DNA of 46,439 bases, taken from a candidate division WOR-3 bacterium (GTDB taxonomy: Bacteria; Hydrothermota; Hydrothermia; B15-G9; WFZT01). Positions 1 to 10,133 of this stretch are shown here, in pieces. The DNA lies in contig JALUEE010000044.1 of the NCBI GenBank assembly GCA_027053075.1, forward strand, positions 1-46,439, in the 5' to 3' direction. The notes beneath the pieces were generated by a model that was given only the letters and a program-made list of their open reading frames with translations, was not told the origin of the DNA and ran no database searches. How positions within the stretch are numbered: the first letter of the stretch is position 1; every line of letters starts with the position of its first letter. A program made the translations under genes and the position numbers.

Positions 1-33
1 GGCGGCCCGTAGGGCCGCCGCCCACCTTTTATT
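1..33 (+). terminator. GC hairpin with GTA triloop then T-tract; probably truncated at the window edge
   Basis: ggcggccc-GTA-gggccgcc (1-19), then gcccacc and tttttatt. Confidence 0.6.
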
Positions 34-67
34 AATTTGAAATTTTTTAAACTTACTTTACTCCCCT

Positions 68-293
68 GAGTCTGTTCGAAAATGTAACACCTGTTTATCC
101 TTTTGTGCGGCGTGAGTGTATTGAGGAGAAGAGCGATGTTTAAAATTAAGTAATTCGAGATTTTCCAGTCTAAAACTCCCCCCTTCCTCCCGAGGGAAAG
201 AAGGAAAATTTACCGATTGCAATTATCGTTGAGATTACGAACTTCAATTGGAAAAGGTGGCATCTAAAATTTAGGATTTCCCGAACAGGTTTC
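68..293 (+). mobile_element. MITE-like non-coding unit with degenerate TIRs and a degenerate hairpin module
   Basis: Left end GAGTCTGTTCGAAAAT (68-83), right end ATTTCCCGAACAGGTTTC (276-293). 161-290 aligns by eye with 31724-31855 (AATTTACCGA; TTGGAAAAGGTGGCA.CTAAAATTTAG.ATTT). Confidence 0.6.
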
Positions 294-300
294 ACGCCCC

Positions 301-329
301 TTGACAATATTTATTCCCGTTGACATTGT
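301..329 (+). promoter_or_regulatory. Candidate sigma70 promoter of polX (leaderless)
   Basis: TTGACA 301-306, 17 nt, weak -10 CATTGT 324-329, ATG 6 nt later, no SD. Second TTGACA at 320-325. Confidence 0.4.
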
Positions 330-335
330 AAAAAT

Positions 336-2072
336 ATGAATAAGAACAAGATTCTTGCCGAAATGTTTGATAAAATTGCCGACGGCCTGGAGTTCCTTGG
401 TGAAAATCCATTCCGTGTGAGCGCTTACCGCAAGGCCGCTCGAGTTTTAGAGGATTATCCAGACGACGTTGAGGAAATTTACAAAACCAAAGGGGTGAAG
501 GGACTTGAGGCCATTCCGGGGATCGGTAAAGGTATGGTGGAAAAGATTGTCGAGTTTCTCGAAACCGGTAAAATGACCCGCTACGATGAGGTGATGTCGA
601 AGGTGCCGCAGGATTTGTTAAAACTCATGGATGTTCAGGGAATTGGCCCCAGGACTCTCAAACTTGCCTACGACAGACTTGGAGTCAGAACAGTAGAGGA
701 TTTTAAGAGGGTACTTGAAGATGGTAGCCTCGCAAAGCTTCCCGGAATGGGCCCTAAAAAGATTGAGAATATCAAAAAGGGACTCGAGCTCTATAAAAAG
801 ATGTCAGAGCGAATCCCTCTTGGCCTTGCCATTCCCCTTGTTGAAGAGATTGTAGAAAGGATGAAAGAGCTTAAAGAGGTGAAGAAGATTTCTCCTGCTG
901 GCTCATTCAGACGAATGAAAGAGACCGTCGGAGACCTGGATATTCTCACAACCGGAGAAAATGGACGAAAGATTATAGACTACTTCACAAAATTGCCCGG
1001 TGTAACACGGATTCTTGCACATGGTGACACGAAAGGTTCATGTATTTTTAACGATCGCTATCAGGTTGACCTGAGAGTGGTACCTGAGGGGTCCTACGGA
1101 GCAGCTTTGCAGTATTTCACCGGTTCCAAAGAGCACAATATCCATTTGAGGAGTATTGCGAAATCCCTGAACATGAAAATCTCGGAGTACGGGGTTTTCA
1201 AGGGTAATGAAAAAATAGCGGGGGTAACCGAAGAAGAGGTTTACGAAGCACTGGGCTTGATCTGGATTCCACCTGAACTGCGTGAAGATAGAGGAGAAAT
1301 CGAAGCCGCTCAGAAGGGCAAACTACCCGACCTTGTAACCTTAGAGGATATTAAGGGGGACCTGCATGTACACAGCAAGTACTCAGATGGAACAGCCACT
1401 CTTGAGGAGATTGCAGAGCGGGCAAAAGAGATGGGATACGAATACATAGCAGTTTGCGACCATTCGAGGAGCGCTAAATATGCGCATGGGCTTGATATAG
1501 ACAGACTCATGGAGAAAACAGAAAGGATAAGAAAGCTCAATAGAAAATTACAGGGAGTCAAGCTACTTGCAGGCACCGAGGTGGACATCCTTCAGGACGG
1601 CAGTCTCGATTATCCTGATGATGTCCTAAAAGAGCTCGACTTTGTTGTGGCCGCAGTGCATATCTGGTCAAAAACCGAGGATGTTACAAAGAGAATTATA
1701 AAAGCCATGGAGAACCCATACGTCCACGCCATTGCACATCCCACAGGGAGACTCATCTCTCAGAGAGAGGGCTATAACGTTGATATTGATGAGGTGATCA
1801 GGGTGGCAGCGGAAACTGGAACATTGCTCGAGATCAATGCCTATTACGACCGGCTTGATTTGAACGACGTAAATGTCATGAAGGCAAAGGAAAGGGGAGT
1901 AAAGCTCACAATCGGTACAGATACACACAATATCGGTCAGTTGTGGAGTATGAAGCTTGGTGTCGGTGTGGCCCGAAGGGGCTGGCTTGAAAAAGACGAT
2001 GTCGTAAACACCCTTTCCTACGATGAGCTAATGAAATTCCTTGCAGAAATTAGAAAAAATAAGGGTGGATAA
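336..2072 (+). CDS. polX: DNA polymerase X / PHP-domain 3'-5' exonuclease
   Basis: NPFRVSAY N-terminus, HhH GIG motifs, GSFRR..ETVGDLD catalytic motif, YFTGSKEHN, PHP GDLHVHS..SDG, AHPTGR, TDTH. Confidence 0.95.
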   Translation: MNKNKILAEMFDKIADGLEFLGENPFRVSAYRKAARVLEDYPDDVEEIYKTKGVKGLEAIPGIGKGMVEKIVEFLETGKMTRYDEVMSKVPQDLLKLMDVQGIGPRTLKLAYDRLGVRTVEDFKRVLEDGSLAKLPGMGPKKIENIKKGLELYKKMSERIPLGLAIPLVEEIVERMKELKEVKKISPAGSFRRMKETVGDLDILTTGENGRKIIDYFTKLPGVTRILAHGDTKGSCIFNDRYQVDLRVVPEGSYGAALQYFTGSKEHNIHLRSIAKSLNMKISEYGVFKGNEKIAGVTEEEVYEALGLIWIPPELREDRGEIEAAQKGKLPDLVTLEDIKGDLHVHSKYSDGTATLEEIAERAKEMGYEYIAVCDHSRSAKYAHGLDIDRLMEKTERIRKLNRKLQGVKLLAGTEVDILQDGSLDYPDDVLKELDFVVAAVHIWSKTEDVTKRIIKAMENPYVHAIAHPTGRLISQREGYNVDIDEVIRVAAETGTLLEINAYYDRLDLNDVNVMKAKERGVKLTIGTDTHNIGQLWSMKLGVGVARRGWLEKDDVVNTLSYDELMKFLAEIRKNKGG

Positions 2073-2127
2073 ATTTCACCTGAATTGCCAGGAATACCTA
2101 ACGAAATCGAGATGTATAGCAGGGATT

Positions 2128-2793
2128 TTACTTCTTGCGTATATAGACGTCACCATTAGAAGCCACAATCCTTATCACAGGTTTACCCTCTTGCTCATTT
2201 AAAGGAAAATCTGAATAAACCTCACCATAAGCTGCCTGCACCATGATTAGTGGATTCTCTGCATCAATTTTTAAGTTAACAGATCCATTTGCTGAATTAA
2301 TAATCACCGTATCCTCTCTACTAACTTCACCTGATACTTCACCGTTTGTGCATTTTAAGCTAAGTGTGCCTCTTATTCCTTGAAATTTTATGCCACCATT
2401 TGTGTTTTGGATCGTAATCCTTCCATGAACACCGTCAATGTTCACGTGTCCATTAACATCCACGGCCACCGTTAATAAATTTTCGGGTATGTAAACCACG
2501 AGGTCTGTTTTTGAATACATATTAGGGGCTTTGACTTTCCCTTCAACCACGATTTTATGAGGAAATTTGCTAACCTTTAATTCCGGCCTTCTAAATTCTT
2601 TCCCCCTGGGATAAATCAACAGGGAATTGATTTTTACTTTATTCCCTTTTGTCCCAATTAGGCTGATGTTTCCGTTGTCAACTGATATATACAGGGTGTC
2701 CTTTGGCCCAATTTTAAGACTTTTATTTACAACAACGGTGTCCATTTCTGGAATGGAAAACATCGAGAGACTTAGAAGCAGGATTAAAAGCAT
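2128..2793 (-). CDS. Secreted DUF4097 (adhesin-like beta-strand repeat) protein
   Basis: Hydrophobic N-terminus and repeated (T/V/S)NG.(I/V) beta motifs. Confidence 0.7.
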   Translation of the reverse strand: MLLILLLSLSMFSIPEMDTVVVNKSLKIGPKDTLYISVDNGNISLIGTKGNKVKINSLLIYPRGKEFRRPELKVSKFPHKIVVEGKVKAPNMYSKTDLVVYIPENLLTVAVDVNGHVNIDGVHGRITIQNTNGGIKFQGIRGTLSLKCTNGEVSGEVSREDTVIINSANGSVNLKIDAENPLIMVQAAYGEVYSDFPLNEQEGKPVIRIVASNGDVYIRKK

Positions 2794-2796
2794 ACT

Positions 2797-4935
2797 TCAC
2801 CTTCCTATGGTAAACGATGTTTTTAGGTATAGCTGATAATACATCAGTTTCTTAGATGAAGCGGGCTTCATAAAAGCTCCTCCGAAATAAATCCGAACAA
2901 AATGTCTGCGCTCTATGGAGATAAGCGGGAAAAAGTAATACATCTCCTGCTGGTCATTGTAGTATCCAATCCATCTGAAATAAAAAGACCTGTAGCTAAC
3001 CTGTGTCTTGAGCCATAGAGTGTATAAGTCATAAACACCTGAGAGTATTTCTCGATGGTAAGAAATGTTCACCAAAAAGGATTTTAGTGGTGTCAGAGTT
3101 ATACCTGCAGCAGCAGATTTGAAGTCTTCGAGGTCAGGAGGATTTCCATAGAAGTATATCTCATCACCGAGATTAAGCTGGCCATTAAACGATATCCATG
3201 ATTGTGGAGATGTTTCCATACTTGCAAGAAATTGTTTTTTGGCAAAATTTTTCCACTTGTAGAATTCCTTCTCCCACTCGTAACTGAGTTTTAGCTGTGT
3301 CTGGAATGGAAGTATTAGCGATATATAGGGAGAAACAGAATTTCCGATGAATTTGTTATCAAAAGTCCTATACAGTGAAGTCTCCAGTCCCAATTTAATC
3401 TCCTGAATTCCAGAGTTTTGAGGGTAAAATGGCAGGTAAGAGTTGAGATTGTATGACCTGTGGTTATTTACTGCGATATACCCATTCTGGTCCCTGAAAG
3501 TAGGTGAAATGTGTCTCGTGTAGATGTCAGCATAGAAATGCGGGGTGCTGACGGTTAGCCCACCCTGATAGGCAATGCCGTAGTACTTTTCTCCATCAAA
3601 AATTGTGGAATATTTGTTGTCAAAGCTGTCCGGCAGGATGGAGTAGAAATAGAGAGATGAATCCGCAACTTCTTTTGTGTAAGAGCCAAGAATTGCCCCA
3701 TAAGCTTCCAGACCCTTGAAAAATCTCAGGTCCCACCTTACACCTCCTGTCATTTGATTGCCATTCCCGGATTTTGACATTGTCATTCTGTGTGAGACAA
3801 AAGAGCCGATATAGGAGCCTTTGCTAAATTTCCAGCCCAATGTGAAAATGTTAATGAGAGAATTTAAATCACTGCTCACGAGTGAGCTGTATTCCCCCAC
3901 AGGGACGATCCAGGAGGAATTCCTGTTGTATGCTGAAATGAAGCCAACATCCAATTTCCTCCCTTTTGAGAAGAATTTCGCGGCAAAGTACGGGTCGTTT
4001 ATAGAGCGACTGTAAAATGCATAAAGTGGGAATTTGAATATCTCGTCTGCCCTCTGGAAAAATGGCCGTTTCTCCGGGTATCCAACCGCTGTTCTTCTAT
4101 TAACACTAATGACCGGATAATCTGTCTCTATCTCCCTGTGGTCAGGGACAATCGTGATAAGGAAATGAGAGTTGTTGGACAATCCAAGATCGGCTGTGAT
4201 GCCGAATCTATCCTCCCAGTACGTGCTGTCGGCTAAATAGGTTCTTGAGATTAAGAAATAGGGATAGATTATGCTCGAAACGAAGTGGCCTTTTCTGAGT
4301 GAAAATCTTACCTCTCCCATGTGGTCAAGCATGTGGGAAAAGTCATTTTCCAGAGGGAACCAGGTGTAGAATTCGAGTGACTTCCTTGGCCTAACACGGA
4401 AGAACTGGATTCTCCAAGCCTGTTTTTCACCCGCAGGGAACGTCAGAGTGGAGAATGGGATCTTCATCTCAACAACCCAGCGGTCAGAATACATTTTGCC
4501 TTTTGATTCCCATTCAAAATCGGAGTGTTGCTCCCATATTTCCTGTCCTGTTTTCCCGTCGATCTGGCATCCAAGTGGATTACATTGAAATTGATAGGCC
4601 ATTTCTCTGTTTTTATAAGAGTCAATGTAGAGTCCCACCATGTCGTCCCCAAAACATGCATCCCTTTTTGAGCTATGAACCCGCACTTTTGACATATCAT
4701 CATAGCACACAAAGGCAATGTAAAGGGCATCAGAGCTGTATCCCAGCATTATTCGGGTTTTAACAGGAGAAGGTTTTCCGGCCCTCGCATCCACTAAGTC
4801 AGAAATCTCTAAAGCATCTTTCCATGCACTTTCAAGATTCCCATCTATTTTTGGAGTATGTGAGAGATAGGGAATCTCAACGCTATACTTTCCTGGAATC
4901 AGGAATAAACCAATTATAAGAAAATTTATCATCAA
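2797..4935 (-). CDS. CBM9-like sugar-binding domain + DUF5916-type membrane protein
   Basis: Signal peptide, PKIDGNLE.AW, ALYIAF.CYD, WVVEMKIPFSTL, YPEKRPFF, FYSRSI; beta-rich C-terminus. ATG alternative at 4932. Confidence 0.75.
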   Translation of the reverse strand: MMINFLIIGLFLIPGKYSVEIPYLSHTPKIDGNLESAWKDALEISDLVDARAGKPSPVKTRIMLGYSSDALYIAFVCYDDMSKVRVHSSKRDACFGDDMVGLYIDSYKNREMAYQFQCNPLGCQIDGKTGQEIWEQHSDFEWESKGKMYSDRWVVEMKIPFSTLTFPAGEKQAWRIQFFRVRPRKSLEFYTWFPLENDFSHMLDHMGEVRFSLRKGHFVSSIIYPYFLISRTYLADSTYWEDRFGITADLGLSNNSHFLITIVPDHREIETDYPVISVNRRTAVGYPEKRPFFQRADEIFKFPLYAFYSRSINDPYFAAKFFSKGRKLDVGFISAYNRNSSWIVPVGEYSSLVSSDLNSLINIFTLGWKFSKGSYIGSFVSHRMTMSKSGNGNQMTGGVRWDLRFFKGLEAYGAILGSYTKEVADSSLYFYSILPDSFDNKYSTIFDGEKYYGIAYQGGLTVSTPHFYADIYTRHISPTFRDQNGYIAVNNHRSYNLNSYLPFYPQNSGIQEIKLGLETSLYRTFDNKFIGNSVSPYISLILPFQTQLKLSYEWEKEFYKWKNFAKKQFLASMETSPQSWISFNGQLNLGDEIYFYGNPPDLEDFKSAAAGITLTPLKSFLVNISYHREILSGVYDLYTLWLKTQVSYRSFYFRWIGYYNDQQEMYYFFPLISIERRHFVRIYFGGAFMKPASSKKLMYYQLYLKTSFTIGR

Positions 4936-5028
4936 ACACCCCCTTGTGGTTCATTCTATTTTTGTGACGGCAAATGGGAGAGGAATTCTGGTATGCCATT
5001 TATACCTCCAGATTTCACTTCGGATTTT

Positions 5029-5057
5029 ATTATATGCACATGATACACGAGATGCAA
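5029..5057 (-). promoter_or_regulatory. sigma70 promoter upstream of the CBM9/DUF4097 genes
   Basis: TTGCAT (5057-5052), 17 nt, TATAAT (5034-5029). Confidence 0.6.
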
Positions 5058-5254
5058 GCTAATCTTCCGATTTTACGGGAGTGTGATTCGGAATTGGGTT
5101 AATCAATCATTGGCAAACTAAATTGACGGAACTTTAATCAATAATCCCACTTTGAATTATCAGAGAAATCTGGTTGGGCGACTTTCAATTTCTTTAAAAA
5201 AAACCAGAGTGTTCTGAGAATTGTTTCTCCTTAATGTCCAGAGCCATCAAAAAT

Positions 5255-6175
5255 CTACACCTCTGTGGGGAATTTTATTTTCAGAGTCGATGATGATTTG
5301 CTGACGCTAAGGACACCGGGAGTACCGATTGGGATTGTTACAAAATGGCTTCCGTGGCCAAAGGGGAATCCATAGACAACAGGGATTCCAAGGTCGCCAG
5401 TTCGATCTTCAATAACCTCAATCAGGTCCTTCAGATCAAAATCTCCCACAAATTCACCAAATACAATCCCCTTTACTTTATCTAATTTCCCTGCCAATCT
5501 CAACTGGGTCAGCATTCTATCAACACGATAAAGCGGCTCATCCACATCTTCTAAGAAAAGAATTGCATCGGTAAAATCAGGCTCATAGGGAGTGCCAATG
5601 AGAGCGTTTACAAGTGAAAGGCAACCACCAAGAAGTCTTCCGCTTGCTTCACCCTCGCGTATTACATTAAGCTGCATTGGGTTTGGGAATATAGTGTAAT
5701 CTCTTATCTTCACCGCACGAAGGAAATACTCGATTGAGAGTTCATCCCTCTTTGCAAAAAGTGAGGCTACCATAGGCCCCTCAAAGGTCACAAGGCCACT
5801 TTTTTCAGTTATCGCAATCAAAAGTGACGTCAGGTCGCTGAAGCCCATGATAATTTTTGGATTTAACGCAAATTTCTCGTAAGGAAGTTTATCGAGCAAT
5901 CTCAGGGTCCCATATCCTCCCCTTGCAGCGATGATTGCTTTGATATCGTCACGCTCGACAAATTCCATCAAATCAGAGAGTCGTGCCTCATCACTGCCGG
6001 CAAGGTAAAGATGGGCATCGAAAATATGCTTTCCAAGCTCCACTCTGAACCCCAGACTCTCAAGCACCTCAATCCCCCGCTCAAGCTTTGAGCGATCGGG
6101 TATGGGACTCGCCGGAGCAATAATCCCGATTTTATCACCCTTCTCAAGCGGTGGTGGTAAGATTATCCTATTCAA
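5255..6175 (-). CDS. ldcA: LD-carboxypeptidase, peptidase S66
   Basis: IAPASP, RGGYG, GFSD (Ser), LEDVDE (Glu), FGHG (His) triad. Confidence 0.92.
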   Translation of the reverse strand: MNRIILPPPLEKGDKIGIIAPASPIPDRSKLERGIEVLESLGFRVELGKHIFDAHLYLAGSDEARLSDLMEFVERDDIKAIIAARGGYGTLRLLDKLPYEKFALNPKIIMGFSDLTSLLIAITEKSGLVTFEGPMVASLFAKRDELSIEYFLRAVKIRDYTIFPNPMQLNVIREGEASGRLLGGCLSLVNALIGTPYEPDFTDAILFLEDVDEPLYRVDRMLTQLRLAGKLDKVKGIVFGEFVGDFDLKDLIEVIEDRTGDLGIPVVYGFPFGHGSHFVTIPIGTPGVLSVSKSSSTLKIKFPTEV

Positions 6176-6752
6176 AGTTTTTCTCCTCCACTCTAAGAAT
6201 GTATGAGTAAATATAATACGCCGACGACAGCAGGAAGAAAAATACAGTCACGTAAATCAAAGGAACCACGTAGGGTTTAAGCTTCAGAATATAGGAGAAA
6301 GTCAGAAGGAAAAAAGAAACCCCCGCAAGCTTGCCAAGAAAATTGGACTTAGTTACAAATTTGTATTTTTTGAGAAGGAGCCCTGCAACAAGCAGCGCCC
6401 CGATCTCCCTTGCAAAAATCAGGGCAAAGGCCCAGAAGGGAAAGTTTAGCTTAAGATACAGAATCAGAACAATTGAGATAACAAGGATTTTATCAATCAA
6501 ATGGTCCAGGAGCTGTCCTATTCTGGTTACCCTGCCCGTTTTACGGGCAAGGTAACCATCAAGAATGTCAGAAATTCCAGCAAGGGTAAGAAGTGCCAGA
6601 AACTGCTTTATCCTCATGTGCCACAGACTGATGAGGACAAATGGCAGGAGAACGAGCCTGGTTAGCGTAATTAAATTCTGTGGCTCTAAGATTCTATTCA
6701 GCTCGAGGGTCTCTGCCCAGCTACCTGTTTCTGTTTTTAAGTTTGTCGCCAA
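6168..6752 (-). CDS. CDP-alcohol phosphatidyltransferase (PgsA-like)
   Basis: NLITLTR, D.LDG..AR......IG..LD...DK motif, hydrophobic. Confidence 0.9.
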   Translation of the reverse strand: MATNLKTETGSWAETLELNRILEPQNLITLTRLVLLPFVLISLWHMRIKQFLALLTLAGISDILDGYLARKTGRVTRIGQLLDHLIDKILVISIVLILYLKLNFPFWAFALIFAREIGALLVAGLLLKKYKFVTKSNFLGKLAGVSFFLLTFSYILKLKPYVVPLIYVTVFFFLLSSAYYIYSYILRVEEKNFE

Positions 6753-9090
6753 AGGTAACCTCCAGCACCTGGTCCACGTGCTCCACGAAATGGAAGTGCA
6801 GTTCCTTCTTCACGTACTCAGGCACTTCAATTAAATCCTTCTCATTCCATTTGGGTAGAATAACCCTTTTAATGCCTGCACGGTTAGCCGCTATGACCTT
6901 TTCTTTAATGCCACCGACAGGCAGAACTTTTCCTCTCAGCGTTATCTCACCTGTCATGGCAAGCTCTGTGTCAACAGGAACCTCTGTGAGGGCCGAAACG
7001 AGTGCAGTGAAAATCGCGGTTCCGGCAGATGGCCCATCTTTAGGGATAGCTCCTTCGGGCACATGAATGTGAATATCGTATTTTTCGTAAAACTTGGGGT
7101 CAATGCCAAGATTTTCAGCCTTTGAGCGGACAAGGGAGAGTGCTGCCTCGGCAGACTCCTTCATCACATCACCAAGCTGGCCCGTGAGGATTAGATTTTT
7201 GCCTCCGGGCATTTTCAGAGCTTCGATAAAGAGAATGTCACCGCCCGTGGGTGTCCATGCGAGGCCTGTGACAACCCCGGGCTCACCCTTCCTCTCCTTG
7301 ACCTCGGAGAAATACACTGGAGGTCCGAGGAATTTCTCCACCTTCTTTGGTGTTATCACAATCTTTTTATCGGAGAGCTTACCCTCAGCAGCCAATGTCG
7401 CTATTTTTCTCATTATTCCGCCAATCTTACGCTCGAGGTTTCTCACTCCAGCCTCGCGGGTGTATTCCCTGATTATCTTCATGATAGCCTTCTTCTGGAA
7501 GATAATGTTGAAATCCTTGAGGCCATTTTCTTCTTTCTGTCTTGGAATCAGGTAGTTCTCAGCGATTTTGAGCTTCTCAATATCCACATACCCAGGGATT
7601 TCGATAATCTCCATCCTGTCCAGGAGTGGAGCAGGAATTGTAGCTGTTACATTGGCTGTTGTGATAAAGAGCACCTTTGAAAGGTCAAAGGGTACTTCTA
7701 AGTAATGGTCACTGAATGCGTAGTTTTGCTCCGGGTCGAGCACCTCAAGCAGTGCCGAAGCGGGGTCCCCCCTGAAGTCGGCACCAATTTTATCAATCTC
7801 ATCCAGCATAAAAACAGGATTTTTCGACCCGGCCTGCTTTATACCCTGAATGATTCTACCGGGTAGTGCGCCAACGTATGTCCTGCGGTGCCCCCTTATT
7901 TCTGCCTCGTCCCTGATGCCTCCAAGAGAAATTCTTACAAATTTTCTGCCAAGCGCTCTTGCAATGGACTTCCCAAGTGAGGTTTTACCCACCCCCGGAG
8001 GTCCGACAAAGCAAAGAATGGGGCCTTTAGTGTCTGCCTTTAATTTACGTACGGCTAAAAACTCGATTATTCTCTCTTTTACCTTGTCGAGGTCGTAATG
8101 GTCCTCATCGAGGATGCGTCTTGCCCTTTTGAGGTCAAGGTTGTCCTCTGTTTCCTTGCTCCATGGAAGCTCTATTAGCCAATCGAGATAGTTTCGCACT
8201 ACGGTGTATTCTGGTGAGCCCACCATCATCCTTGAGAGTTTATCAAGCTCTTTTAGTGCGACCTCTTTGACATTTTCAGGCATTCCGGCTTTTTCAATCT
8301 TCTCGCGCAGTTCGTTGATTTCACGCTGCTTCTCATCGAGCATTCCAAGCTCTTTCTGAATGGCCTTGAGCTGCTCCCTCAGGATGTATTCCCTCTGACC
8401 CTTATCCACTTCCTGCTTGACCTTTTCCTGAATTTCCGCCGAAAGTTTGGCAACCTCAAGCTCCTTACTCAGAAGTGGCAGGAGTTTTTTAAGCCTTTCT
8501 TCGGGGTCAATTGCCTCGAGGATGGCCTGCTTATCCTCTACAGAGAAATTCATGTAGGATGCAATGAAATCAGCCAGCTTGCCAGGCTCTTTGATATTCA
8601 GTGCCATTACTGCAAATTCATCGGGCAGGTAGGGGGAGAATTTCACAATCTGCTGGAACATCTGGAGGACGTTGTTCTTGAGAGCCTGTACCTCGACAGT
8701 GTCCTTTTCAACCTCTTCTATCTCTTCGATGCGGGCAACAAGATAGGGCTCAGTCTGGACGTACTGAATTACTCTAATCCTCTTCAAACCCTGCACCATC
8801 ACGCGCATTGCGCCGTCCGGTGTCCTTATCATCCTGAGCACGAGTGCAGCAGTTCCAACCGAATACAAATCCTGCGGCCCGGGATTCTCGACACTTTCAT
8901 CCTTTTGTGCGACAGCCGCAATGAGTCTGTCCTTGCTGAGAGCGTCATCTATGAGCTTCTGGGAGCGCTCATTTGTTAAAACGAGTGGTGCCATCAGGTT
9001 GGGATAAAGTACACCACCCTTGATGGGTAAAACTGGTAATGTGTCAGGTATTTTTATGCCACCTTCAGGAATTAATGGATTCTGTTCCAT
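6721..9090 (-). CDS. lon: ATP-dependent Lon protease
   Basis: LON N-domain, GPPGVGKTS, GHRRTYVGALPG, PKDGPSAG (Ser), GGIKEK (Lys). Confidence 0.98.
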   Translation of the reverse strand: MEQNPLIPEGGIKIPDTLPVLPIKGGVLYPNLMAPLVLTNERSQKLIDDALSKDRLIAAVAQKDESVENPGPQDLYSVGTAALVLRMIRTPDGAMRVMVQGLKRIRVIQYVQTEPYLVARIEEIEEVEKDTVEVQALKNNVLQMFQQIVKFSPYLPDEFAVMALNIKEPGKLADFIASYMNFSVEDKQAILEAIDPEERLKKLLPLLSKELEVAKLSAEIQEKVKQEVDKGQREYILREQLKAIQKELGMLDEKQREINELREKIEKAGMPENVKEVALKELDKLSRMMVGSPEYTVVRNYLDWLIELPWSKETEDNLDLKRARRILDEDHYDLDKVKERIIEFLAVRKLKADTKGPILCFVGPPGVGKTSLGKSIARALGRKFVRISLGGIRDEAEIRGHRRTYVGALPGRIIQGIKQAGSKNPVFMLDEIDKIGADFRGDPASALLEVLDPEQNYAFSDHYLEVPFDLSKVLFITTANVTATIPAPLLDRMEIIEIPGYVDIEKLKIAENYLIPRQKEENGLKDFNIIFQKKAIMKIIREYTREAGVRNLERKIGGIMRKIATLAAEGKLSDKKIVITPKKVEKFLGPPVYFSEVKERKGEPGVVTGLAWTPTGGDILFIEALKMPGGKNLILTGQLGDVMKESAEAALSLVRSKAENLGIDPKFYEKYDIHIHVPEGAIPKDGPSAGTAIFTALVSALTEVPVDTELAMTGEITLRGKVLPVGGIKEKVIAANRAGIKRVILPKWNEKDLIEVPEYVKKELHFHFVEHVDQVLEVTFGDKLKNRNR

Positions 9091-9091
9091 G

Positions 9092-9496
9092 TCACTCTCC
9101 TTGTTCTATATTGATCTCACGAAATCTGTGGATCTTTTTGGGTACATCTATGGTTAGAAGCCCGTTTTCGAGTCTCGATTCGATCCTCTCGACATCCACT
9201 TCTTCACCCACGTAGACCCTTCTCTCAAAGGGTCCGTATGAAATCTCTACAACGTGGAATTTTCTCTCATCTTCAGTATGCAGGTCCCTTCTGATACCGT
9301 AAATTCTCAAAACTCCTTCGGTAAATTCAACCCTCACGTCCTGTTTTTCAACACCTGGTAAAGCAACTTCCACGACAATTCTGTCTCCGGTTTCAAATAC
9401 ATTTACCGGGGGCTTATGGATTTCAGAGAGATCCAGACGGGGTTTATACTCCACCAGAAATCTCCATAATTCATCAAATTCTTTCCAATCAATCAT
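9092..9496 (-). CDS. Hsp20/alpha-crystallin small heat-shock protein
   Basis: [29 protein letters not shown]. Start moved to ATG 9496, overlapping the udk stop. Confidence 0.9.
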   Translation of the reverse strand: MIDWKEFDELWRFLVEYKPRLDLSEIHKPPVNVFETGDRIVVEVALPGVEKQDVRVEFTEGVLRIYGIRRDLHTEDERKFHVVEISYGPFERRVYVGEEVDVERIESRLENGLLTIDVPKKIHRFREINIEQGE

Positions 9497-10133
9497 CTTT
9501 TTCAACCCCCTTGGAGTTCCCTCCAAGTTTTTGGTAAAGTGAAAGTACTACAAGGTTGATAGCCACATTGTTGTATCCCCCTTCTGGAATAATTATATCG
9601 GCGTACTTCTTCGTTTGTTCAACAAATTCAAGGTGCATAGGTCTAACGGTTGTTAAATACTGCTCTATCACCGAATCCATGTCTCGTCCCCTCTCGCGGA
9701 TGTCTCTCTTTAACCTTCTGATAAATCTGATATCGTCCGGTGTGTCCACATAAATTTTGATGTCCATGAGCTCGCGTATCTCCGGGTCGTAGAGAGAAAG
9801 GATACCCTCTAAAATGACTATTCTGCCCGGGACAACGCGAATGGTTTCCTTTTTTCTCAGGTGCAAAACATAGTCATAAATCGGCATATCAATGGGTTTA
9901 CCGTCTCTCAAATCAAGGAGGTGCTGCTTTAGCAGTTCATTGTCAAATGCGTCGGGATGGTCGTAATTGAGTTTCTTCCTCTCCTCAAAATCCAGGTCAC
10001 TTCTATCTTTGTAATAGGCATCCTGAGGAATAATGGTTACATCCTCAGTCCCCATCTCCTGCTCAATCCGTCTCGCCACAGTGGTCTTGCCCGAACCCGT
10101 TCCACCTGCTATTCCAAGAAGGATTCTCCTCAT
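9489..10133 (-). CDS. udk: Uridine kinase
   Basis: [42 protein letters not shown]. Confidence 0.97.
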   Translation of the reverse strand: MRRILLGIAGGTGSGKTTVARRIEQEMGTEDVTIIPQDAYYKDRSDLDFEERKKLNYDHPDAFDNELLKQHLLDLRDGKPIDMPIYDYVLHLRKKETIRVVPGRIVILEGILSLYDPEIRELMDIKIYVDTPDDIRFIRRLKRDIRERGRDMDSVIEQYLTTVRPMHLEFVEQTKKYADIIIPEGGYNNVAINLVVLSLYQKLGGNSKGVEKDD

